Part shown: one piece after another, positions 53,206-64,000 of the stretch | How positions within the stretch are numbered: position 1 is the first letter of the stretch | Layout of the letters: the number at the start of each line of letters is the position of its first letter | DNA from: Zygnema circumcarinatum SAG 698-1b | Taxonomy: Eukaryota; Plantae; Zygnematophyceae | Length of the DNA: 64,000 nt | Assembly (NCBI GenBank): GCA_037447605.1 | Contig: CM074820.1 | Coordinates: forward strand, 806,001-870,000 | Direction: 5' to 3' | Program-made: the position numbers and the translations under genes | Notes under the pieces: generated by a model | Seen by the model: the letters and a program-made list of their open reading frames with translations, nothing else | What the model was told of the DNA's origin: nothing | Databases searched by the model: none

Positions 53206-54498
53206 GGCGAAAGCCCCTTTAAAGTTCAACCTCAACCTCAAACCGCCCTCGTCCCTCTCTCTCTCCCTCCCTCTCCCTCCTCTCTCTCCCCCCACTGAAC
53301 TCGCAAGCCCACGTTTTGAACTTAGGCTCAAATGAACCTCGGGGCTATTCTCCGTTGTGACGACCGGCGGTCATGGGAAAAATAAGGTCATGACGGCGAT
53401 CATGACCCGGGGCATGATAAAGGTCATGACCGATCGCCAGTCATGGCCTTCGACTTTCGGCTAGTCATGACCTTCCAACGCAAATTTGGTGCCCGAATTG
53501 TTTTTGTTGTCGAAAGTGGAAGTGGCTTTGATCTCACGATGGCGCTGATGCCATCAAATGTACATGGTCAAAATCAGCATCATTGGGAACCACGAGGAAC
53601 TACCTGAGCACAAAAGTTGTTGCTGTTCATTATTCTTGTTATTTGTTAACGCCAAAAATTGGGTCTCTGGATTTACGGTTCGAACCTCGGTCAAGTTTTA
53701 GTTTGCAAACTGGTTCTTAGTTTGTCAAACCCGTAAGGAAGGTCTCGACCGGGGTCCTGAGTCTCCTGACCTGCCCATGATCCTTGTCTCACTCTCATGT
53801 CCGCGGTAAACCCACAACTGTGGTCTTGTGTTATCCAATAACCGAAGGGCATCGCAGGCTTTTGTACACCTGGCTTCCCGCCATCGGTAAATACTTCACA
53901 GCTCACATTGAGAACAACTTTTTGCAGACTAGTGTGAACAACAGAATAGGGAAAGTGGATCCAGAATCTGCTAATTTGGCCTCTATCCAGATTTCACCAA
54001 TCAGGGGGTAGTTTTCGGGCCAGTCGACCAATGAGAGCGCGGAATCAAAATATCCCTCTGCCGTCCTCGTTGACAGTGTGAACACTTACAGGTCAAATGG
54101 ATCAGATGGACGCTGGTTGCGCATGGAAAGGCTCCCCACGTGTTACGGACTTGTTCAACGGGTATATAAACTTAGACTGTTACTGGAAATCATGTAAATA
54201 GCGCATGGAGTTTAATTTGCGTCTCAAATAAGTTACGTCCGACAGAACTGTTTTTTAGCATGGACTAGATGACTCGGGATGTGGGGGCTTTAAAGTTAAG
54301 GTTGCAAATTAGGGTTTGCCTTCGAACGCTCTGCTGCTCCTCACATGATTCCAGGCCACGAATTGCATGTCCGTTGACATGCAGAAAGGCAGGAGACTTG
54401 TTTATAACATGTCAGGACGACAAAATTAGGGTTACATGATTGTATATTGAGACAGCTGATCACATATTCAGAATTTTTGTGTCATTAAAAATATAGTC

Positions 54499-57034
54499 AT
54501 GGACATGTGCATATCTTCCGCATGTGGCAGCCATAAACAGCTGCTTCTGTGCTCGGCTTCAGGCTCAAACTTGCTGATACGCGGCACTATCTGGAGGGAC
54601 GGGTTTGCTCGACACAAAGGAAGTGATGTCGTTTTAGGGTTAGCAAAGGAGGAGCCACGGAATAATGTATGCTTAGATGGAAGAAGGGAAGCAGGATATA
54701 TAAACTTAGGGAGTGAAATTAGGGTTAGGGTTAGGGTTAGGGCTAGTGCAACGAAGAATAGTGGAGAGGCTGGGTGGAGGGGTGTGTATGGAAGTGGAAC
54801 TAGAGGCTGGGGAATTGAGATAGTTAAAGCGGCTAGGAGAGATGATATGGGAGGGTGGGAAGAAAGTGGAGCGCAGAGGGACTTTTGGGATGTTGGTCGA
54901 GAGGAGCGGGGATCGAGAGAAGGAGAGGGGGAGGGAGAGGGGAGGAATGGGAGTGCTGACGATGGTAGAGTTGGAAGGCCCGGAGTGAGAATTGGTGTGT
55001 CTGAAGCACGTGACGACTCTCTGTTAGGGAAGTATAATGGTAGAAGAGAGCAGCAGATAGGGGATGTCGGTGAATTGAGGAGGAGGGATGAGAGATTGAG
55101 CTCGCAAGGTCGTGGAGATTCGTGGACTTACGACGCAGAAAATGGTTCCGTGGAGCTAGAAGGCCTGCGAGAGCTCCCGGAGGCAGGGAGAGAGCGGTTA
55201 CTTACAGGGAGGAATGGAGCGAGGAGAAGTGATGAACGAGAGAGGCGGACCGAGATGGAAGAGAGGAGAGGCAGGAGAGGAGAGGTTTGGGAAGTAGATG
55301 AGCAGGCGGCTGAGCCTTCTGATATTCCGGAGGTGTTTTTTGAAGGTCGAACTCCTTACGAGGGTGTCCCAATGCAAGGAAGAGAGCCAGTATACAGTGG
55401 AGGGTCAATGAGAGGTAGAGAGGAGAAGTCAGAAGGGTCAACGAGAGACTTGCCAGTTTTGAGTCCTTCATTAGCTACTGATCGGCCGCCTGATAAGCAA
55501 TTTTTTGTGGATGAGGAGTATGATAGGCTGCTGGTGGAAGCAGATGCCTTGTACAAAGAAGGGAGAGAGGGCCTGGACGGTAAAGTAGAGGTAGCTGTAG
55601 CGGAGCAGATGCTCTATGAGGCTGTTAGGCTGCTAGACAGTGCAGCTCAACTGAAGCCCAGTGAACTCGCTCCCCTTGGGCAGTGTGGGAATGCGCTTTT
55701 AGCCCACGGAGAGCTGAAATTGAAGCTGGTACGGCAGTTTAGAGAAGCTATGGGTCCATTCAACCAGCCTATGAGAGGCGAGAGAGGGAGCAGGCTGGGT
55801 GGCTTGGGGAGAGGGGGTCCAAGTCAGGCAGAAGTGTTGAGATATGAGGAAATGGAGCAGCAGAGGCGGGAAGCAGAGGAGTTGATGTATGAGGTAGCAG
55901 ATGAGTGCGACCGGCTCTTAATTGAGGCTGGCAGGCGATATAGGGCAGCGTTAACGCTAAACAATAGGGATGTCCGGGCTTTATATAATTGGGGGTTGGC
56001 ACTCTGTTACAGGGGGCAGCTGATTGCAGATGAAGCAGAAGAGGTCAGCACTCTACAACTTGTTTCTTCCCCCCCCCCTCCGCTTCCCTTTCGCCTCCCC
56101 CTCCTGCTCCCTCGCTCCCTCGCCCCCTCTCCCACCCTTTACCTCGCTGCCTTCCCCCCTCCCCCCCTCTCCCTCTACATCTCCCCTTCTTGTTCAAGTA
56201 AAAACGATGGCATGCATGAAGGTGGAGGGTGCAGGGGTATGTTGAAGCTGCGGACAAAATGTTCCTGGCGGCAATTGACAAATTTGAAGCCATGCTTGCC
56301 GTGAGCGATAAATGGCGGGCTGGCGGTACGCTCGGTAGAACCTCCCACTCTCCCTCACCCCCCAACTTTCACTCCCCCATATGTGTCTTTTTAAGGGAAA
56401 AGCTGGCCGTACAGAGAGTGTGAGAGAAACCGGTCAACCCACGATACTACGAGGGAAATGTGGGAGAGAGCTCTAGAAAAGTATAGCTCCTGCCTGACTC
56501 ACTTTGTTTCTTACTCTTCCTCTTTCCTCGTTGCTTTGCCCTCTTCGAGAATAGTGATAGAGAGGAAAGGAGGGAGGAGAGGCCGAGGAGATAGGCTCTA
56601 TTTCATAGAGCAGGATTTAAAGGGAGCGGGAGTCAGACTTTACTTTCCTGCGCTTCCTTATGTACCTTCAGATGTTCTCTTGTGATCGCTCATGTGGATC
56701 AATAACCAATGTTCTACTGTGGCCAGTGCCTATACCGCCATTTAGCTGACTTCGGCTCCTTTCTTGGTGCACAGCTCTCCTGAATTGGGGCACCGCCTTA
56801 AGGGACCGTTCGCGGCTCCGACCAATGGGCAGTGGGGAGCGCATTCGGCTGCTTGAGCAGTGCAAGGAACTTCTGGAGGAAGCTTCCCAGCAGGAGCCCA
56901 AGAACAGGCAGGTCCGAGGGGCCCTTGCAGCGTGCAACATAGAGCTGCGGAGTGTTGTTAGATATGCCAAGGAAAGAGTGGAGGAGGAAAGGAGGCCTCT
57001 TCCGCCGCCGTCACAGTTGAAGGGGTGGTGGTGA
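54499..57034 (+). CDS. Plant TPR-like repeat protein with a long low-complexity N-terminus (start uncertain). Exons 54499-56043, 56235-56325, 56775-57034
   Basis: Helical repeats ALYNWGLALCYRGQLIA, AADKMFLAAIDKFEAM, ALLNWGTALRDRSRLRP and LLEQCKELLEEA...NRQVRGALAAC. Splicing is in phase. Confidence 0.8.
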
Positions 57035-57269
57035 AGAATCCGAGTGGTTTTCTGGTGGAGTGGGAGGTGTGGAGAGAAGCAATTTTGTCATGTCTGGGTT
57101 GGAGGGAGCACCTTATCAGCACTTTTGTCCCAATTAGCTTTTACTGCTCCCGCCAGTAGCCTTTAAAATCTACTAGGCGATAAAAGCGTTTGTGGGATGG
57201 CTCTCCGACAGGTCATGTGAAGAGTGTGTTTTATGTTTCTATCATTGAGGCACGATTGCTGCTGTGTTT

Positions 57270-57800
57270 CATTTCTTGAGAAATAAAGCGTATCCTCCTC
57301 CCTTCCCTCTCGCCTATCCTTTACTTTCTCCCCTCCCTCGTCTCTTGCGCCTCTCCTCTCTCTTCACCTCTCCAGCTACTAGCTTCACTTATCCCCCGCC
57401 TCTGCTTATCTCCTCTCCTATCTTCTCTCACTTCCCTCTCCTCTCTTCTCTCCTCTCCTCTCCTTGATTCCCGTCTCAACGATCCTCCTTTCGCTCCACT
57501 CCTTTTCTTCCCTCCTCTCTCTTCTCCCTCCCTTCCACTCGTCTCAGCTATCCTCTCCTCTCGTTCCTCTCCCTCTTCCCTCTTTCCTTCTCTTCTCACC
57601 TATCCTCCCTCTCATTTCTTTGCTTACCTCTTCTCCTCTCTCCCCTCTCTCTTCCCTCTCGCCTCTCCACTCATCTTTCTCCTACTCATCCACCTTGTTA
57701 CTCTGCTTGTCTTTTCTCCCCCCTCTCTCACTCTCCTCTCTCTCCTCCCTCTCCTCTCACTATCCCTCTCGCTTCTCCTCTCTTTGTTCTCTTACTGACA
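57270..57800. repeat. CT-rich polypyrimidine tract between the convergent TPR and DUF179 genes
   Basis: CTCCT/CTCTT low-complexity tract. Confidence 0.88.
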
Positions 57801-58013
57801 GTCTCGGCCATTTTTCCTGAGCATTTACGAAGTTATCTACTAATTTATAGATCAATCAGACTTGGGGCTGTTCTCAAAGAGTGCGCATAAGAAACATGAA
57901 ACAAAAATCACAGCAACGGCGTAGAATAAGCAAGAGCAGACCCAGCTACACCCAAGCACTCACAGAGATTCTTCCCATTGAGAGAGAGAAAGAGCTCGGT
58001 AAAAATGGCCTAC

Positions 58014-61000
58014 CTACAACAAACTCTTCTGTCTTCTTCTCCCTAAGTGACTCAAAACCTCCTCCCAGAGCACCTCCTTTCTCTCGAAACGGCCTCCCTC
58101 AGCCCCCCACAGAGTCTCCAGGCTGCAGGTAGCCACATGCCATGCACCCACTTCTATTTCCCCCTTCAACTGAGATTCACTCCACCCCGAGTACCCCACA
58201 AAGAACCAAAATTCATCCGCCTCAGCCCCCCCTTTCGCCACTAGCTCTATAACGGACTTTAATATTTCCAAATTTGTCCCCCAGAAAAGGCCTGGAAGTG
58301 CCTCTATGAAGCCGGGAACGCCCCTCCTTCGAGTCAAAATGATTGAAGGGAGAGCAATTTGAGCCAGCACAGGGCCTCCCAAGCCAATCACAGCGTCCTG
58401 GAGAAGGGTCCTTACATCTGGTTGGAGGGTGACAATTTCACTCCAGTTTATGGGATGGTTCAGGATGACCCCAGTTGGGCCTTCGTTGACTTTTAAAAGT
58501 AAGACGACAGATTTCTCGAACAGACTTGCATCGAGTTGGTTGGTCGCTATTAGAACAGAGCCCATTTGGGGTGAGGTCACGGCTTTACACTGCGTAGTGT
58601 CTTTGCTTGAAGGGCGTTGACTACCTCCTTTCAGTGTCTCTCGCATTTGCTCAGAGGCTTCTCCTTTGGACTCCCTCGACTTCTGAAGTTCGTCAACCTT
58701 TACTTTGATCGCCCGCCCTCCTTCAAGCAGACTTCCATCTTTCGACTGGTTATCTCCTGTCATCCAGATCCCTGAAAATACTTAGGAGAAGGAAGTCGAA
58801 AAAAGGAATAAAAGTTAGAAATAGAGCACACAGAGAGAGAGGGAGAGAAAGCGATTGATTCTAAAAGTTTCCGTTTTGCTGGTATTGACTACCTTAACCA
58901 TCCTCAACTGAATGTCCGGCAACCTCCTCCTATTCCAACCCACATTCCACCCCTCCTCTCACCTTCTTGCACTCCTTGAGGTGGAGTTTTTTGCAAAATA
59001 CGTGACCAACCCATAAATGAGAGCAACCCCTTCACCGTCGACAGTCCATCGTAAACTCGAGCTTCATCCTTTCTATGAGCAGGATATAAAACCACTGTAG
59101 GATATCCCGTCACCTTCACCCAAAAACAGGGAGAGGGGAAGATAAGCGAGCTTGGCATGCACGGACGGATTTGACATTGAAACACAAACATTTGTTACGG
59201 ACAAACATTGCAAACAACACTACGTATTGGGTATGAAAATAGGAAGCAGAAAACAAACATTTGCGGTGAATGCCTGAAAGCTGAAAAGTGAATGGGAACA
59301 CATTTTCACGTTTCACTACTTTCTCATCGATGCATAAAAGACTGTTATGGCAAGGCATGACATATGCGCAAAAGATATCAAAACAACATCCAAACATCAA
59401 ATGAGTCGTCTATATCTTATAAACATACCCTCAACCAGACAGTGAGAGAGAGAGGATGGGGGCAATGGGAAGCAAGGAGGGGAGGGAGTGGGAGGAGAGG
59501 GGTGGAAGAGGAGCCAGAGGGATAGGAGAGCGAGGAGGGAGAGCAATTGCAAGCAAGAGGGAGGGGGAGGGAGAGGGAGGAGATGGGTGAGCGAGGAGAA
59601 CGGGAGAGAGAGCGAGCAGTGGAGCAATGGGAAGCAAGAAGGAGGGGGATGGCAATCCGAGGAGAGGGAGCAAGGAGGAGAACTGTGCGATGACTTTATC
59701 TATAGCAATGATCATGACTACCAGCATGGCAAACCTCGCATCCCTCTCAGAAAATTGAGAGTGCAAATACAGTTCGAAATCCAAGATACCTGCAAGCTTC
59801 CCTTTCCAGGGTTGGAGCAATCATTTGCAGTGCAATCCATACGCAACAGTAAGGGAATGTTCCCCTTGCGTCCTCCATTCTGTTTCTCCTTCTCCTCATC
59901 TTCCCTCCTGCTCTCATGTATGCTCTCCCTCTGCTCTGCAGGATCAAGAACACCAGCCAGCTGGCAGGGCATGATTGGTAAGGACGCCTCTTTAGTGACA
60001 AGCGTGAAAGGGTCTTGTGTTAAACTTTCAGTTTACAAAGATGTGGAGAAGAGAAAGCAGGTGTTTCATAAAGCAATGAAATTGAAGTGTCATGGTTGAG
60101 TATTTCTTGACTGAAATAGGGTACGATGTCTATAAAGGAAAGGGTTGTAGACACACGCCATGGCTAGCTTCCTCCAAACAATGAAAAGGAAAAACGACTA
60201 CAACGATGATAATGCCGCAGCTAAGTTGTTGCTGGTTAAAATCTTTACCAGTTGATTTCTAGGTAACGATTTCAACAATTGAAATGGTTGGCTTGCAATG
60301 GTTGCCAACCATTCCAAGAACCATTGGATGGCCAACCCTTGCCGTCCAATGGTTGGCCAATGCTTGCTAATCCAATGCAAGATTTCAAGAAAATACTCAG
60401 GTATTGGCTAATGTTCCGCGTAATCTCTCCTTACAGGATTAGAGATTGATCATGAAAGTGTAACAATTAGTTTAAACAATTTAAGGTTTACGAGCCTTTC
60501 TAGAAGTACCGTTCACTCATCAGATGAAAGCTCACCTGGTAGCATTTTGCTTTCATGGGGGCGCAGACTTTTTTGTGTTTCCTCAAAGACCAGCTCCATT
60601 CTGCGACAGAAACCGCACCATGGAGTGGTGTACAAAACCACTACGTCCCTCCAAGAAGCCTCAAGAAGTTCACATTCAAGTTCTAATTTCACTTTCCCCT
60701 TATTCAGCAGATGCATCTTCTGGAAGACCCCTACATTGTAACCTATTCCTCCTCCTCTAGCAGAAAGGAAATCCTCTGAAAGCATGTCTTCTTCAAATAG
60801 TTCTTCTTCATTGGTCACTTTGTGATTGCAGACTCGCCCTAAGACCAACTCATCAAAGGTGAGTAGGGTTACAGGAGCAATGCGACCAGGTCGCCGAAAA
60901 GTTCGGTGAATTAAAGGTGAGGGTTGAGGAGGTGAGTGCGAAGTTGCAGGAGGTGACGAATACATAGTTTTAGGAACTTGCTCTAACAAAACAGCTTCAA

Positions 61001-64000
61001 TAAAACCGACAATAGATTCTTTTGTCATGGACACGTTTGGGGGAAATGCATAGTGTGCTTTCCACGATGGGTGGATGATTGCCAAAGATGGCACTTCAGT
61101 ACCCAACCCCAATTTCTCTGGTAAAATTGTTTCTCCGTCCATGTAGAAAAAATTCAGCAACCCGGTTGGAGACTCTTTCAAAGCCTCAATCTCCTCCCAG
61201 ACGTCGGTTTCCTCACTTTCTGCTGTGCCTTTCCCTTCCAAATCCTCTACCTTTTCATCTCCCTCCTCCATTTTACCTGAAGTTATCCTTTCACCCTCCG
61301 CATCTAAACGTTCTTCTGTTCCTTCCCCGCCCATTCCATCACTCTGCAAATCGCTTTTTTGTTCGTCAAGTTCTACTGAACATTCACTTCCCTTACTAGC
61401 ATACCCATCCACACCATCCCCTTGTCGTTCATCAACTGTCACTTCAACGAAGCCTTCATTTCTTAAACCCCCTTCCTGCAAGTTTGCTCGAACAATCTTT
61501 GCTGTTTTTGCGTCATCTTCTCTTTCCCCTCCAATTGGTTGGTCATTTATACCAGCCTTCCGTATCTCCAGCCTGCTAATACCGTCCTCCCTCCTCCCTC
61601 CCTCCCCCGTGACATCAACCAGACTGACTACCTCCTTCCCGCTGTTTTCACTAACACATTTCCAATCATCCCCTTCGTCAGAACCTTCCTGATCCTTACT
61701 TGGCTGCGCCTCGCCTTCTCCTACCTCAGTGCCCTGAACCCCTATAGACAATGCTTCCAAACCTGCATTGTAGCTTTCCTCTTCTCCCTCACCCTCCCTA
61801 CTAACATGACTATTGTCCTTTGTACAAACCTGCCCCTGTCCTCCTGCGATTGTCCTTTCCCTTGCAATATTTTGCTCATTCCCTGAAGGGCCAGTTACAA
61901 TTGCTTCTCTCACATCACCAAGCTCCTTAATATCTTGTCTAAGGTTCACATTTAGATCCATATTCAGCAGCTTCAAACCCAGCTGCATTGCCAAAGAGAG
62001 TGCTAATGAAGCCTGCTCTTCCTGCTCTTGTACCAAATACTTTCCTTCCTCCTTTGAATCGATACTATGAGATGCCACTAAAGATAACTCCACAAACTTG
62101 GTCGATGACATTGCTTTTGTGGCATCCCCAACAGATGGTTTGTTCTCAGTATGACCTGATACTACCAGTTCCGATCCATCATTTTTTCTTGTCCTTTCAA
62201 AGACTTCTCCGCTCGTTTTGGACCTTGATTCCTTCTGCATTTGCAATTTACGCTTTGCTACTGCTGCCATGGCTTTAGCACGTGCAAGGACTGCATAATG
62301 ACGTGCCACCTCGCGGAATGTGTTGAAAACTATCTCTTGCTTGGTGAGAGGCAAGGGGCCGGCCCTTTCTAGAAAGAGAATTACTGAAGGCTTCTCTCCT
62401 TCAAAGGCATGAGGATACTCCTCTGGAATAAGCTGCAAATTGAGAACATTCAGTGATGATAGAAGAACGAATGTCAAACTGCGAGCATTAAAGCTCAATG
62501 CAAAAATCTTACACTGGCATGACGGCATTCGCATCAACTATTATCAAAAGGATGGAACAAAGACAAATTCCAAAGGTGTAAAGAAGAAAGAAACAAACAG
62601 ATTAAGACCTTCCATTTGCAAAGAGTAATACAATCTAGACCCCATTTTGATCATCAGATTCGAAGAAGTATCGTGAGAGCAGCTCTCTTAAAGCATTCAA
62701 AGATCCCCTCACATGCTTTCAGATGCTTTCAAACTCTTTTTCATTCCTTGTTTCAAGAAAAAGGAAGAGGTCCTATAGTGCCTGAACACGTATACTATGT
62801 ATCCGGCTTATAATAGAGACTTACCAGTCCTAACGGCGGCCTTGGAAGTTTCAAACTCCACTCCCAAATGTCTGTTTTCCCTCCGGGAAGAACAAAAAAC
62901 TCAGGTTCGATGTCCATTGAATGAACAAGAAAAGCCCACGGTAACTCACTCAGCCTTGCATCCAAGTGACTCAGAATGGAACCATTCTTAACCAGACCAT
63001 AGGCTGTAAGCCATGGTGTGAAAACACTGTTAGCCGCTTCTCCTCTCACAGACTGAAAGGCTTTCACAAAATTCTCTCTCTCTGCTAAAGTGCATTTAAT
63101 AGAACCGCTTTGGTCAGCCTCTGTGTTTTCCTGCGAGCTGCTCTGATCTTTCGCTGAAATTGTCTCAGAGACTCCATTATCTGCATCTTTCTTCTCTGAT
63201 TCACTACCTCCTTCTTTGATCTTGCTTGCTTCCAGTGACACATTGTCTTCATTGCTCTCTTCTAGCTTGTCCAATGTTTCTTTATCCTTTGAACAGCTTG
63301 CCCCCCCTTTATCTGAATCTCTCACAACCCACTCCAAATCGTCTGTTTCCCCATTCCTGAGGTTCACTCTACCTTCCATTTCACAACCCCGTTCTTGCTC
63401 CTTATTGGATAGATCAATCTTGAGGGATCCACTGCCATCCTCACTTCCTCCTCCGCTTACCGCATGTACACTGCCATCATTATCACAAATTTGATTCGAG
63501 CCTCCGTCTTCAAGGTTTAGACATGCATCTTTCCCTTCACTGCAATCTCCTCGTTTAGCGGTCAAGTCATTGTCTCCCTTCACACTATCCTTTTCTGCAT
63601 CTGCAATCAGATCCGTTGCAGATTCTGAAAGCCCTCCAATTCCACCTCCATCATGCTCCATGCTCTCATTGGTCATCAGGTAAGCTTTCTGCTGCAAACT
63701 TTTATGCCCCATAGTCTCCCGATCCAAGATTTCTTGTGACCACTTGCAATTATCCACAAGCACAATAGAACGAAGGGATGGCTCTGCCAAAGCATGCACT
63801 TCCCCCCAAGTTGATAACTGATGTAATGGAAGGTCTTTCCTCCTCAACTTGAACCAATATTTGGCTGCCTGAAGAATAGCTCTTGCTGACAGTACTCCTG
63901 AATACTTCGATTCGGAACCCTTTCCTACAAATGTCAGAACAGGCAGGGCTACATTTTCATACAGTTTCATGTGCTCCTTGTTTTTGTGAAGATCAATCCA
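58014..64000 (-). CDS. Thioredoxin-like-domain plus C-terminal DUF179 (AlgH/YqgE-like) protein, At3g19780-like, 5' end beyond the window. Exons >64000-62825, 62432-60536, 59989-59790, 59113-58963, 58771-58014
   Basis: VVVLYTTPWCGFCRRME...LLRMDCTANDC...VTGYPTVVLYPA (thioredoxin fold), then GSVLIAT...FEKSVVLLL...GVILN...LGGPV...FWFFVGYSGWSESQLKGEIEVGAW (DUF179). The frame is open to position 64000. Confidence 0.88.

Noticed and set aside
53660-53700. GGTTCGAACC as a tRNA T-loop
   Set aside because: No acceptor stem, D-arm or anticodon arm can be built around it.
57032-57206. Selenocysteine read-through of the TPR gene TGA with the downstream hairpin as SECIS, or the hairpin as U5 snRNA
   Set aside because: The hairpin lacks the AUGA/GA quartet of SECIS. 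It also lacks the invariant GCCUUUUAC loop and downstream Sm site of U5. Homology ends before the stop.

Overview
This is intron-rich eukaryotic nuclear DNA from a green plant. A streptophyte alga is my inference, based on plant-type genes and introns filled with GA/CT repeats; the species cannot be determined. Manual splicing of the six frames gives 13 protein-coding genes: serine carboxypeptidase-like (+, 5'-truncated), UTR7-like nucleotide-sugar transporter (+), choline-phosphate cytidylyltransferase (+), F-box/LRR protein (-), PARG (-), OTU-like protein (-), secreted S41/CPAF-like protein (-), Nudix CoA-diphosphatase (-), At3g12350-type F-box protein (-), NDUFA2 (+), cpSRP43 (-), TPR-like protein (+) and thioredoxin-like/DUF179 protein (-, runs off the window). 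Most entries in the ORF track are artefacts of low-complexity purine/pyrimidine tracts. I see no tRNA, rRNA, CRISPR array or autonomous transposon, and no clearly new multi-gene system. The best leads are: (1) a secreted S41/CPAF-like protein whose catalytic His and Ser positions both appear substituted; (2) a PARG with intact GGG-x7-QEE but NFGN for DFAN, Phe at the Tyr-clasp position, and a GC-AG intron that splits Q|EE; (3) a ~1.05 kb foldback element with ~335 bp arms, TG...CA ends and a possible 6 bp target-site duplication; (4) a 16 bp motif repeated next to splice sites in one gene; (5) a CpG-rich versus CpG-poor exon mosaic within single genes. All exon calls and family assignments are by eye, with no database search. 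Four 10-N gaps sit inside low-complexity tracts, so repeat lengths there are unreliable.
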